Shown piece after piece: positions 1 through 11,530 of a stretch of 64,000 nt of DNA. Every line of letters starts with the position of its first letter. Position 1 is the first letter of the stretch. Below the pieces are notes generated by a model that did no database searches, had not been told where the DNA came from, and saw only the letters and a program-made list of their open reading frames with translations. Origin of the DNA: Macrostomum lignano (Eukaryota); assembly GCA_002269645.1 (NCBI GenBank), contig NIVC01001347.1:124001-188000 (forward strand), written 5' to 3'. A program made the position numbers and the translations under genes.

Positions 1-942
1 GTCAAACATAATAGAGCCACCATGTCAAACATTTAAGAGCCACCATGTCAAACATATATTTGACTATATGTCAAACATTAAAGAGCCACCATGTCGAACA
101 TAAAAGAGCCACCATGTAGAATATTAAAGAGCTACCATTTCGAACATTAAAGAGCCACAATGTCAAAGATTAAAGAGCCACCATGTCAAACATTAAAAAG
201 CCACCATGTCTAAAATTAAAAAGCCACAATGTCTTACATTAAAGAGCCACCATGTCAAACATTAAAGAGCCACAATGTCGAACATTAAAGAGCCACCATG
301 AAGAACATTAAAGAGCCACCATGTCAAACATAATAGAGCCACCATGTCAAACATTTAAGAGCCACCATGTCAAACATATATGTGACTTTATGTCAAACAT
401 TAAAGAGCCACCATGTCGAACATAAAAGAGCCACCATGTAGAATATTAAAGAGCTACCATTTCGAACATTAAAGAGCCACAATGTCAAAGATTAAAGAGC
501 CACCATGTCAAACATTAAAAAGCCACCATGTCTAAAATTAAAAAGCCACAATGTCTTACATTAAAGAGCCACAATGTCGAACATTAAAGAGCCACCATGT
601 CTAACATTTAAGAGCCACTATGTCAAACATATATGTGACTTTATGTCAAACATTAAAGAGCCACCATTTCGAACCTTGAAGAGCCATCATATCGAACATA
701 AAAGAGCCACAATGTAGAATATTAAAGAGCCACCATTTCAAACCTAAAAGAGCCACTATGTCTAACATAAAAGAGCCACCATGGCAAACATAGAAGAGCC
801 ACCATGTCAAACATTAAAAAGCCACCATGTCAAACATTAAAGATATACAATTTCAAATGTAAAGGTATAAAGCGCCATGCCAATTTAAAGGAGTCACTAT
901 AAAGCTAAGGAAATTGTTAAACTAGCTACAATACTTATTGTC

Positions 943-1160
943 TGGGGATGCTTGCTATCTGGGGATGCTTGCTATCTGGGGGATGCTTGCTATCTAGGGG
1001 ATGCTTGCTATCTGGGGATGCTTGCTATCTGGGGGATGCTTGCTATCTGAGGGATGCTTGCTATCTGAGGGATGCTTGCTATCTGGGGAATGCTTGCTAT
1101 TTGGGGGATGCTTGCTATCTGAAGGATGCTTGCTATCTGGGGGATGCTTGCGGTCTTGGG
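943..1160. repeat. 17-18-bp minisatellite GGGGGATGCTTGCTATCT (block 1)
   Basis: Tandem copies visible; they generate the spurious LGDACY/GGCLLS ORFs. Confidence 0.95.
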
Positions 1161-3164
1161 ATGATTTCTGTTTGCAATGCACTTCATTTGAGCAGTTTGT
1201 CTGTTGTCTTTGTGAAGGATTTTTTGGCTGTCTTTTTGTTACTTGTAGAGAACAGAGGTTCGAATCTAAGTAGAGCAAAATAATAATAACTAATAATAAT
1301 TTTTTTGTTAAAACACCATCAAAACACAAAATGCTAAACATAAAGGGCCACCACGCCAAGCATATACGTGACTCCATGTCGAACATTAAAGAGCCACCAT
1401 GTCAAACATTAAAGAGCCACCATGTCTAACATTAAAGAGCCACAATGTCAAAAATTAAAGAGCCACCATGTCGAACATTAAAGAGCCACCATGTCAAACA
1501 TAATAGAGCCACCATGTCAAACATTAAAGAGCATTATGTCGAGCATATACGTGACTCCATGTCAAGCATTAAAGAGCCACCATGTCTAATATAAAAGAGC
1601 CACCATGTCGAACATAAATAAGCCACTATATCGAACATTAAAGAGACACCATTTCAAACATTAAGGAGCCACCATTTGAAACATAAGAGAGCCACCATGT
1701 CAAACATAAAAGAGCCACTATGTAAAACATATATGTGACTCTATATCAAACATATACGTGACTTCATGTCGAACATTAAAGAGCCATCATCCCGAACATT
1801 AGAGAGCCACCATGTCGAACATTAAAGAGCCACAATGTCAAAAATTAAAGAGCCACCATGTCAAACATAATAGAGCCACCATGTCTAACATTAAAGAGCA
1901 CCATGTCGAGCATATACGTGACTCCATGTCAAACATTAAAGAGCCACCATGTCTAATATAAAAGAGCCACCATGTCGAACATAAATGAGCCACTATATCG
2001 AACATTAAAGAGCCACCATTTCAAACATAAAAGAGCCACTATGTAAAACATATATGTGACTCTATATCAAACATATATGTGACTCCATGTCGAACATTAA
2101 CGAGCCACCATTAACAACATAAAAGAGCCACCATGTCGAACATTAAAGAACCACCATGTCAAACATTAAAGTGCCATCGTGTCGAACATTAAAGAGCCAG
2201 TATGTTGAACATTAAAGAGCCACCATGTCAAACATTAAAGAGCCACCATTTTGAACATTAAAGAGCCACCATGTCAAACATTAAAGAGCCACTTTGTTGA
2301 ATATTAAAGAGCCACTATGTCAAACATTAAAGAACCACCATGTAGAACATAAAAGAGCCACCATGTCTAATATAAAAGAGCCACCATGTCGAACATTAAA
2401 GTGCCATCGTGTCGAACATTAAAGAGCCACCATGTCGAACATAAAGGAGCCACCATGTCGAACATAAAAGAGCCACTATGTTGAACATAGAAGAGCCACC
2501 ATGTCAAACATTAAAGAGCCACCATTTTGAACATTAAAGAGTCACCATGTCAAACATTAAAGAGCCACCATGTAGAACATAAAAGAGCCACCATTTCTAA
2601 TATAAAAGAGCCACCATGTCGAACAATAAAGTGCCATCGTGTCGAACATTAAAGAGCCACCATGTCGAACATAAAGGAGCCACCATGTAAAACATAAAAG
2701 AGCCATCATGTCAAACATTAAAGAGCCATCGTGTCGAACATTAAGGAGCCACCATGTCGAACATTAAAGAGCCACCACATCAAACATTAAAGAGCCACCA
2801 TGTCGAACATTAAAGAGCCACCATGTCAAACATATATTTGACTCCATGTCGAACATTAAAGAGCCACCATGTGAAACATATAAGAGACTTTATTTCAAAC
2901 ATAAAAGAGCCACTATGTTGAGCATTAAAGAGCCACAATGTAAAACATAAAAACGACCATTTCGAACATTAAAGAGCCACAATGTAAAACATAAAAACGA
3001 CCATTTCGAACATTAAAGAGCCACCATGTTGAACATTAAAGGGCTACCATGTCAATCATTAAAGAGCCACCATGTCGAACATAAAAGATATACAATTTCA
3101 AACATAAAAGTGAGCGAATTTTAAAGGAGCCACTATAATGCTAAGGAAATTGTCGCACTAGCTA

Positions 3165-3270
3165 CTTATTGTCTGGTGGATGCTTGCTATTTGGGGATGC
3201 TATCTATCTGGGGGATGCTTTCTATCCGGGGGATGCTTGCAATCTGAGGGATGCTTGCCATCTGGGGATG
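3165..3270. repeat. 17-18-bp minisatellite GGGGGATGCTTGCTATCT (block 2, short)
   Basis: Same unit, with the same flanking junction sequences as block 1. Confidence 0.9.
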
Positions 3271-4824
3271 CAAAATAATTTTTTTGTTAAAACACCTTCA
3301 AAACACAAAATGCTAAACATAAAAGGGCCACCATGCCAAGCATATACGCGACTCCATGTCGAACATTAAAGAGCCACAATGTCAAAAATTAAAGAGCCAC
3401 CATGTCGAACATTAAAGAGCCACCATGTCAAACATCAAAGAGCCACCATGTCGAACATTAAAAGGCCACAATGTCAAACATTAAAGAGCCACCATGTCGA
3501 GCATATACGTGACTCCATGTCGAACATTAAAGAACCACCATGTCGAACATTAAAGGGCCACAATGTCAAAAATTAAAGAGCCACCATGTAAACATAATGG
3601 AGCCACCATGTCAAACATTAAAGAGCCACCATGTCAAACATTAAAGTGCCATCGTGTCGAACATTAAAGAGCCACTATGTTGAACATTAAAGAGCCACCA
3701 TGTCAAACATTAAAGAGCCACCATGTCAAACATTAAAGAGCCACCATGTCAAACATTAAAGAGCCACTTTGTTGAATATTAAAGAGCCACTATGTCAAAC
3801 AGTAAAGAGCCACCATGTCAAACATTAAAGAGCCACCATGTCTAATATAAAAGAGCCACCATGTCGAACATAAAGGAGCCACTATGTCGAACATTAAAGA
3901 GCCACCATGTCAAACATTAAAGAGCCACCATTTCAAACATAAAAGAGCCACCATGTCAAACATAAAAGAGCCACTATGTAAAACATATATGTGACTCTAT
4001 ATCAAACATATACGTGACTTCATGTCGAACATTAAAGAGCCATCATGCCGAACATTTAAGAGCCACCATGTCAAACATATAAGAGACTTTTTTTCAAACA
4101 AAAAAGAGCCACCATGTTGAACATTAAAGAGCCACTGTAAAACAAAAAAAACATTTCGAACATTAAAGAGCCACCATGTCGAACATTAAAGAACCACCAT
4201 GTCAAACATTAAAGTGCCATCGTGTCGAACATTAAAGAGCTACCATGTCAAACATTAAAGAGCCACCATGTCAAACATTAAAGTGCCATCGTGTCGAACA
4301 TTAAAGAGCCCCTATGTTGAACATTAAAGAGCCACCATGTCAAACATTAAAGAGCCACCATGTCAAACATTAAAGAGCCACCATTTTGAACATTAAAAAG
4401 TCATTATGTCAAACATTAAAGAGCCACTTTGTTGAATATTAAAGAGCCACTATGTCAAACATTAAGGAGCCACCATGTCAAACATTAGAGAGCCACCATG
4501 TCGAACATAAAGGAGCCGCCATGTCGAACATAAAAGAACCACCATGTAGAACATAAAAGAGCCACCATGTCTAATATAAAAAAGCCACCATGTCGAACAT
4601 AAAGGAGCCACTATGTCGAACATAAAAGAGCCACCATGTTGAAAATTAAAGAGCCAACCTGTAAAACATTTAAAAGATTCACCATGTCAAACATATAAGT
4701 GACTTCATTTCAAACATAAAAGAGCCACCATGTCAAACATAAAAGATACACAATTTCAAACGTAAAAGTGAGCGAATTTTAAAGGAGCCACTATAATGCT
4801 AAGGAAATTGTCGCACTAGCTACT

Positions 4825-5205
4825 TATTGTCTGGTGGATGCTTGCTATTTGGGGATGCTATCTATCTGGGGGATGCTTGCTATCTGGGGGATGCTTGCAA
4901 TCTGGGGGATGCTTGCTATCTGGGGATGCTTGCTATCTGGGGGATGCTTGCTATCTGGGGATGCTTGCTATCTGGGGATGCTTGCTATCTGGGGGATGCT
5001 TGCTATCTGGGGATGCTTGCTATCTGGGGGATGCTTGCTATCTGGGGGATGCTTGCTATCTGGGGGATACTTGCTATCTGGGGATGCTTGCTATCTGGGG
5101 GATGCTTGCTATTTGGGTGATGCTTGCTATCTGGGGATGCTTGCTATCCGGGGGATGCTTGCAATCTGGGGGATGCTTGCTATCTGGGGGATGCTTGCTG
5201 TTTTG
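4825..5205. repeat. 17-18-bp minisatellite GGGGGATGCTTGCTATCT (block 3)
   Basis: About 20 tandem copies with the same flanks as blocks 1 and 2. Confidence 0.95.
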
Positions 5206-5924
5206 GGATGATTTCTTTTTGCATTGCACTTCATTTGAGTAGTTTGTCTGTTTTCTTTGTGAAAGCTTTATTTGGCTATCTTCTTATTACTTGTAGAGAA
5301 CAGAGATTCTATACGGATGTCCCCCAACGGGGGGCGAAGATTGCTAGTCATCAACACTAAGCCAAGGGGACCTTAAAAACAGAACCCTCGTTTTGAGGTC
5401 ACTGAAGCTGGTATCTAAAGCTCCTGGCTCTGGGTCTCTTTGCCCTGGTGTGGGTAGAGTTCCGCGCAGCTGCCAGTTGTCTAGCGGACCACAGTTTTTC
5501 CCGAGTAAAATCACTGTTTCAGTTTAAAATAGATAAATATGGAGAGTGCGTCAGCCTCAACCAAAGCTGCGACGATAAATATAAACACAGAATAGTTTGG
5601 ATTTTGGAACTCTCGCCGGTCGAAGCTTCCCGTGGCTTTTTTCAAGTGAAAAGTGTTTTGCTTGAAATTGGCAAAAAGCGACAGTATTGGCACTAATAGT
5701 ACAAGTGAGGACATTAATCTTCTACGACTGCTAATATGGTACTAAGTTATTGAAAATAGCCTTTATAAAATGGATACACCAAGTAGTTTAAAGACAGTCA
5801 GAGACAGGCATGCATAAGGTGATGTGGAGAAGTAGCGAGGCGATCGAGAAAGAGTAGGAAGAGATGGGGACAGGTGCGTCTACGAGATTTACCTCTTAAA
5901 GGGGCAACAACTACAAAATAGGCG

Positions 5925-6210
5925 CCAGCTACAGAGGGCGCCAGCTACGGAGGGGGCGCCAACTACGGAGGGGCGACAGCTACGGAGGGGGCGCCAACTA
6001 CGGAGGGGGCGCCAACTACGGAGGGGGCGACAGCTACAGAGAGGGCGCCAGATACAAAGGGCGCCAGCTACAGAGGGGCGCCAGCTACGGAGGGGGCGCC
6101 AACTACGGAGGGGGCGACAGCTACAGAGGGGGCGCCAACTACAGAGGGGCGCCAGCTAAAGAGAGCGCGAGCTACAGAGGAGCGCCAGCTACAGAAGGTT
6201 GCCAGCTACA
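5925..6210. repeat. GC-rich 16-18-bp minisatellite (AGGGGGCGCCAACTACGG-like)
   Basis: Tandem degenerate copies visible. Confidence 0.9.
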
Positions 6211-6938
6211 AAGGTTCAATTATGACTGCTGCTGAATGCTGCGCAGCAACGAGCTGCTTGTCTGCGAGTGCGCAATGACTAAACCTCTTCAGAAGATATT
6301 CAGGCGAAAAATCTCCCGCGGGTAAAGCTTGGTGGGCAAGTCTCGTGGCTACCAGAGGCATGAGAGAAAAAGAGAGGTAGAGGAAAGAGTACAGAGGAGT
6401 AGAGAAGAGGAACATAGGGGACATGCAAGGTGGTAAAAAAAGGTGCGATTGAAGCGCGCTATAAACCGACAAATTCGGCAAAAAGTCACGCGTCGGGGTT
6501 CCAAACAACAATGCTTCGGGCCGGACAATCAATATTTGCAAAGGGGATATATTGGTGCCGCTGCGAATTGTAAACAAGCCTAAAGACGTCGGATAGTAGC
6601 CAGAAAATTGCTTCTGGTCAAAAAAGCATGCTCAGGCTAGAGGGAAAGAAAGCAACTGCGCAGATAAGACTTATCTCTGCTAGGTACAAGAAGTGTCGGG
6701 AGGCTGGGCAAAGTGGCGACCACTCAGCTATTTAATAAAGCGGGTAAAGCCGACTCGCTTTCCAGATTAACATTCGTTGAACTGACGCGGTTTTTTACCT
6801 AAAGCAGGAGGCCGCACCATGAACTCAAGCGAATTTCTAGTAGCAAAAACTAAAGGTAAGTTCGACATTCTAAGGGGTTGATAGTGACATTAGCTAGAGA
6901 CCGATTTACCAGAGTGAAGTGACAATAATATTATTTAC

Positions 6939-7140
6939 CGACAAGCTGAGGGTGCCGCGCACGCCAAGCACTATGCATTTCCGCTCGTCATCTCTGGCCA
7001 GGTAAAACGCAGCCTGATTAACTTCGGCCCTGAAGTCGTAATAGAGAATCTGGGCCTCGGTTAAGCCAGTCTGGTGAATAACGGCGGCCAGGTCGCAGCC
7101 CCAGATACCGGTGCGATTGGGCCGGCAACAGGAGCAGGGA
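6939..7140 (-). CDS. DAGL: Diacylglycerol lipase, coding exon 4 (start of lipase class 3 domain); later exons not found, probably beyond the window start
   Basis: Translates ...PCSCCRPNRTGIWGCDLAAVIHQTGLTEAQILYYDFRAEVNQAAFYLARDDERKCIVLGVRGTLSLS (lipase-3 VxxxRGT motif). Acceptor ccttgcAG at 7142-7141 is phase 2, matching the exon 3 donor; donor GTAAAT at 6938. Confidence 0.85.
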
Positions 7141-7817
7141 CTGCAAGGATGGGGAGAAAAGTTGTTTGAAATTACAATTGCTGTGCTCAAATTAAGCAAA
7201 GCGAGCTAAATTTTATTCCTCAAATAAGACTTTTTAAAGTTCAAATTAACAGCCTTCAAAACTTTTTGAGGTATTCAATAATTAATTTTGGCAATATCAG
7301 GTCTACACATCTTCAATATTACGTATTTGTGATGTTCAATTCGTGTGCAGAAAAAATCCATATCAACGAAAGAAATTTTAGTCGTTGGTAGCTCTCGTTA
7401 TGCATGAGAGAAGCTTTTAATTGGTTTTGAAGAAAACGCACTAGAGCTGAGCTTGAAGAAGCAGTAAAAACAATTTTGTTATACCAAACAAATGTTTTGT
7501 ATATTTTGTCTATAAAAATAGGAATAATTCATGAGCAACTTCGGGGGCACAGAGTGCAACAAAAGTAAAATTAGAAAGCACATTAATCCTCGTACGCCTT
7601 AAGCAGGGCAATATGATGGCTTTAAGCTATAAAAACTTCAAGCTGAGTTTGAGCCAACTCAATCTTGCATTAATAACTTAGATAATCGGGTGGCCGAAAA
7701 ATGGCCTGGTTACTGTTAGCTGTTTTGAACCATAAAATTTAATCATATTCGGTAATAAAAACGCATCGCCTGTGATCCCCACCCACAGCAGCAAACCAAA
7801 CAACCCCGGTCGTTCGC

Positions 7818-9029
7818 ATGTCGAGTTTATGCCTCAATATTTGGTTAGGATTGAACTGCACGCTTGTGGTATTAGTTCTGTTAAGCAATAGCGCCATACT
7901 TCACGTGGTGCATCGGAACAGAAATCTGCACACTACAGCCTATGCATTCATTTGCAACTTGGCCGTTTGCGATATGTGCTATGGACTCGGCATTGCATTC
8001 TTCACCATCACCGTGTACTATCCAAGCCTGGCCGAAAGCTTTACAGCCTGCCGATTTGCACTTGTCGCATTCTACGGATCGATCGGCTTTGCCACTGTTG
8101 GTATAGCACTGATCTCTGTTGAGCGTTGCATCGCGATAAAATGTGCAATTCATTACAATCGACTGCTAACCAGAGGCCGAGTGGCCCTACTAATAGGAGC
8201 ATCCCCAACTCTGTTCGTAGCCCTGGTGGCAGGAATTGTGTTTGGCTCAGCGAAAAAAATGACTCCTAATAGCGTCTGCGTGACGCGTGAGGTTCTACCA
8301 AGCTGGGCTATCGCACTGGCCTCCGCCTGCGTCATGGCGACACAACTAGCGTCAACGGCCTGTTACGTTGTAGTTTACCTGGTGGCCAGGAAGCAACGAA
8401 ATCGCATCAGTCAGGAGTTGAACTACCTAAGACGGTTAGCAGCAATGTCGGCACCTGCAGCTGCGCGTGGCAGAAGTTATAAACGTGAGATGTACCGTCG
8501 ACAGAGCTGGAGATTAACCGTCACAGTTGGATTCGTCCTGCTAGTGTTCTACGCATTTTGGGCGCCAACCTGGCTTATACAGCTGCTGCGTATCAAACAT
8601 ATTGACAATGAACTAACGCTAACGTTGGCTTACTTCAGCAGCAGCTACTCGACCATAAATAGCATAGCAAACATCTTCATTTACAGTTTCAAGACTAAAG
8701 AATTTCGCGAGTCGGCAAAGCGCACGTTTCTGGGCGTATTATTTAGCGACAGTCGGAAGAACAGTGACAAGAATACGAATGGTTGGAGTCTAAGACGAGA
8801 TACTGCGGTAGGTCTCACAACCGTCGGGCCGACAAGCTGGGCAGTGTTTGCTATTAGCTATGAAGCTGGCACGGCTGCCACCGCGGCTGCAGCAGCAGCC
8901 ACTGCCCAAACCGAAGCGTGGCAATCAAGCGGACCAAGCTCTTCAAATGAGGTAGCCACCGGGGAGGCTACCGATATGATTAAACTTGCACAAAAACCAT
9001 TGGGCATTGGGGCTTGCAAAGCCAATTAA
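7818..9029 (+). CDS. Intronless class A (rhodopsin-like) GPCR, nested antisense in the DAGL intron
   Basis: 403-aa ORF with 7 hydrophobic segments; TM2 NLAVCD, TM3 SVERCIAI (DRY variant), TM6 FWAP, TM7 NSIANIFIY, helix-8 KEFR. Confidence 0.9.
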   Translation: MSSLCLNIWLGLNCTLVVLVLLSNSAILHVVHRNRNLHTTAYAFICNLAVCDMCYGLGIAFFTITVYYPSLAESFTACRFALVAFYGSIGFATVGIALISVERCIAIKCAIHYNRLLTRGRVALLIGASPTLFVALVAGIVFGSAKKMTPNSVCVTREVLPSWAIALASACVMATQLASTACYVVVYLVARKQRNRISQELNYLRRLAAMSAPAAARGRSYKREMYRRQSWRLTVTVGFVLLVFYAFWAPTWLIQLLRIKHIDNELTLTLAYFSSSYSTINSIANIFIYSFKTKEFRESAKRTFLGVLFSDSRKNSDKNTNGWSLRRDTAVGLTTVGPTSWAVFAISYEAGTAATAAAAAATAQTEAWQSSGPSSSNEVATGEATDMIKLAQKPLGIGACKAN

Positions 9030-10283
9030 CACCTCGACTTGTAATCCTTCAAGCCATTGCTAAAATGTGTTTCTAATCTATGTTGCTTTATTAAGAGTTT
9101 TGAATGAGGTATTTTACTGCTAAATGAAAAGTTGAAACGCTTATCTCAAAATTCTTACTTTGTAATTGCTGGTACTAATTACAAAAATTCACAACAAAGA
9201 ACAAATTTTATAGCGTATCGTTTGCTTTGTGCATCAAATGTCTGACAAATAAGCAATCACGAGTAATTTCAACACGTTTTTAGAGTCTAAATACACTTGT
9301 ATCATGTTACAAGAACGTCTTAGATTCGTTTTCGGGGATAAAGGCCAGCTGTTGCTGACTGTCAAGCTGATAGGAAGGTGAAATTCAATAAGAGCATCTA
9401 TTTTTGCTCCAGGATTGTCTTATGTATATTAAGACTCAGAGGGTAGACCCATTGCGCGCACGCGCTCGCAGAACAGGCAGAAGGGGCAGACAGCAGCAGC
9501 CTGAGGGGTCTTTCCTTGCCAAGCATTGGCTTGGAATGTTTTAAAAGCCAGGCGATACGATACGTATCTTTCCAGAGTTCGCTAAGTTGGCCAACTCAAA
9601 ATGCCTTAATGTCAATCTACCGGTATTTTTTCGACAAGGCTTCAAATAGAACTCTCGTGCCCATTGTGTCGCCAAGGAATAGAGGAGCTATTTGTTGACC
9701 ACTTTTTGAGTCACTTTTTTAACGTGACGCTTGTTTATCTTCTGAACTCAATTCTTAAGCAGCTGTGAAATATATACCGTGTGGTAGGGGACAAAAATAG
9801 GCATCGATTGCCTATGGAAAATACCAGTCAGATAACAGATTTTATCCATTGCTTTGTTTTAGCTCAATGGTAGATTTATCTAACGAGTTCTATATTAGCA
9901 TCTGGATTCTGGAGTGGAAACGAGTTTTTCACTTTTACCTCATGCGGCCACGCAGTTTGTAAACCTCATTTAGTTTTTTTTCAAGTAGCATAGACAGTCT
10001 TTAGTCATAGACATTAAGTGCTGGCTTCATGCGGTAAAAATTAGTCATAGACTGTTAACGCACGAAGGAACCAATCGATAGATAATTGATTTATGGGCGA
10101 TGCGTTCTTCTTATTTTAGCCATAGACATAGATGGGTTGGAATTTACCGTAAGGCTAGGAGGGGGAAGAGAGCTTGACAGGAGATCTCACACGAAGCTAG
10201 AGTTTTACCATAGACTAAGACTATAAGAGATTGTAAGAGACGAGACGAGACAAGAAAGACAGGAGCCAAAAATGTCTCGAACC

Positions 10284-10861
10284 ACTAGACTTATTGAACT
10301 CTCTAAATTTTCAAATGAAATCATTTCGGGTTAATTCGGATAAACTAGACTTATTGAACTCTCTAAATTTTCAAATGAAATCATTTCGGGTTAATTCGGA
10401 TAAACTAGACTTATTGAACTCTCTAAATTTTCAAATGAAATCATTTCGGGTTAATTCGGATAAACTAGACTTATTGAACTCTCTAAATTTTCAAATGAAA
10501 TCATTTCGGGTTAATTCGGATAAACTAGACTTATTGAACTCTCTAAATTTTCAAATGAAATCATTTCGGGTTAATTCGGATAAACTAGACTTATTGAACT
10601 CTCAAAATTTTCAAATGAAATCATTTCGGGTTAATTCGGATAAACTAGACTTATTGAACTCTCTAAATTTTCAAATGAAATCATTTCGGGTTAATTCGGA
10701 TAAACTAGACTTATTGAACTCTCTAAATTTTCAAATGAAATCATTTCGGGTTAATTCGGATAAACTAGACTTATTGAACTCTCAAAATTTTCAAATGAAA
10801 TCATTTCGGGTTCATTCGGATAAACTAGACTTATTGAACTCTCTAAATTTTCAAATGAAAT
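10284..10861. repeat. Near-perfect 60-bp tandem repeat, about 9.6 copies
   Basis: Unit ACTAGACTTATTGAACTCTCTAAATTTTCAAATGAAATCATTTCGGGTTAATTCGGATAA aligns line by line in the 60-nt display. Confidence 0.97.
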
Positions 10862-11454
10862 GATTTAGGGTCTTTTATGGCTACGGAGACCTCTCCAAGT
10901 TGGACCTCTTTCGAAAGTTTGTTTCTGCATATCCGGCCATGACCTGACCTGAAGGACCTGACAAGAGTTGCTTCATCCAACGTGAACAATTTCCACGGAC
11001 AGGTCAGTAACTGAAAACTTAGCAAGATCTGAACGACGCCACGTCCGTCAGTGTGTGACACTAAGTATCATCCTTATGTACTGTTTTTGCCATAAAAACT
11101 GCTTCGTTTTGTTATCAGACTACATGTCTGTGCTCGTTTTATTGTATGAAATTATGTTTTAAACAAAATTGAAAAGTTTAAAATTCGTGCGAAAATTTAC
11201 CGCACGATCGCGTTATGGTGAAAGTCGGCTTTTTGGCCATAGACAATGGATAGTAGAGGTCTTTTGAGAAGACTTGGCCATATTTAAATGTTTAATTTCA
11301 TACGAGCGTAGCTATTTTGAAAACACTTAACAGCCACTTTTACGTTTTTCTATTGTTTTTTAACTGGCAGCATAACAAACAACCGTTGTAAATTTTGCTT
11401 GAGCGATTTATTAGTTTATCGTACATTTCAGGCTAGTGTTGTATGTGTTGTATG

Positions 11455-11530
11455 AGTTATATAATGTATATATATATATATGTATATATTTATATGTATA
11501 TATATGTATATATGTATGAGTGTTGTATGA
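11455..11530. repeat. (TA)n/(TATG) microsatellite
   Basis: Directly visible. Confidence 0.85.

Larger units (their letters stand above)
1..4745. repeat. 23-bp minisatellite/satellite array (consensus GAGCCACCATGTCAAACATTAAA), interrupted by composite cassettes
   Basis: Directly visible tandem unit with period 23 (e.g. GAGCCAC at 1391 and 1414). A 322-bp (14-unit) higher-order duplication is visible at 1 vs 323. Runs off the window start. Confidence 0.95.

Noticed and set aside
1-4745. Perfect Kozak GCCACCATG in nearly every 23-bp unit
   Set aside because: The ATGs lead to very short repeat-derived frames in intronic, antisense satellite; most likely coincidence.
948-5360. LGDACY/GGCLLS/SKHP ORFs
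   Set aside because: Translations of the 18-bp minisatellite in several frames.
6206-6660. Possible degenerate LINE 3' end (…LLFG…) on the minus strand
   Set aside because: Motif similarity is too weak and interrupted to call.
10284-10861. 60-bp array or 161-bp arrays as CRISPR
   Set aside because: Units are contiguous with no unique spacers, the context is eukaryotic and there are no cas genes. The 189-aa ORF at 10294 is a repeat translation.
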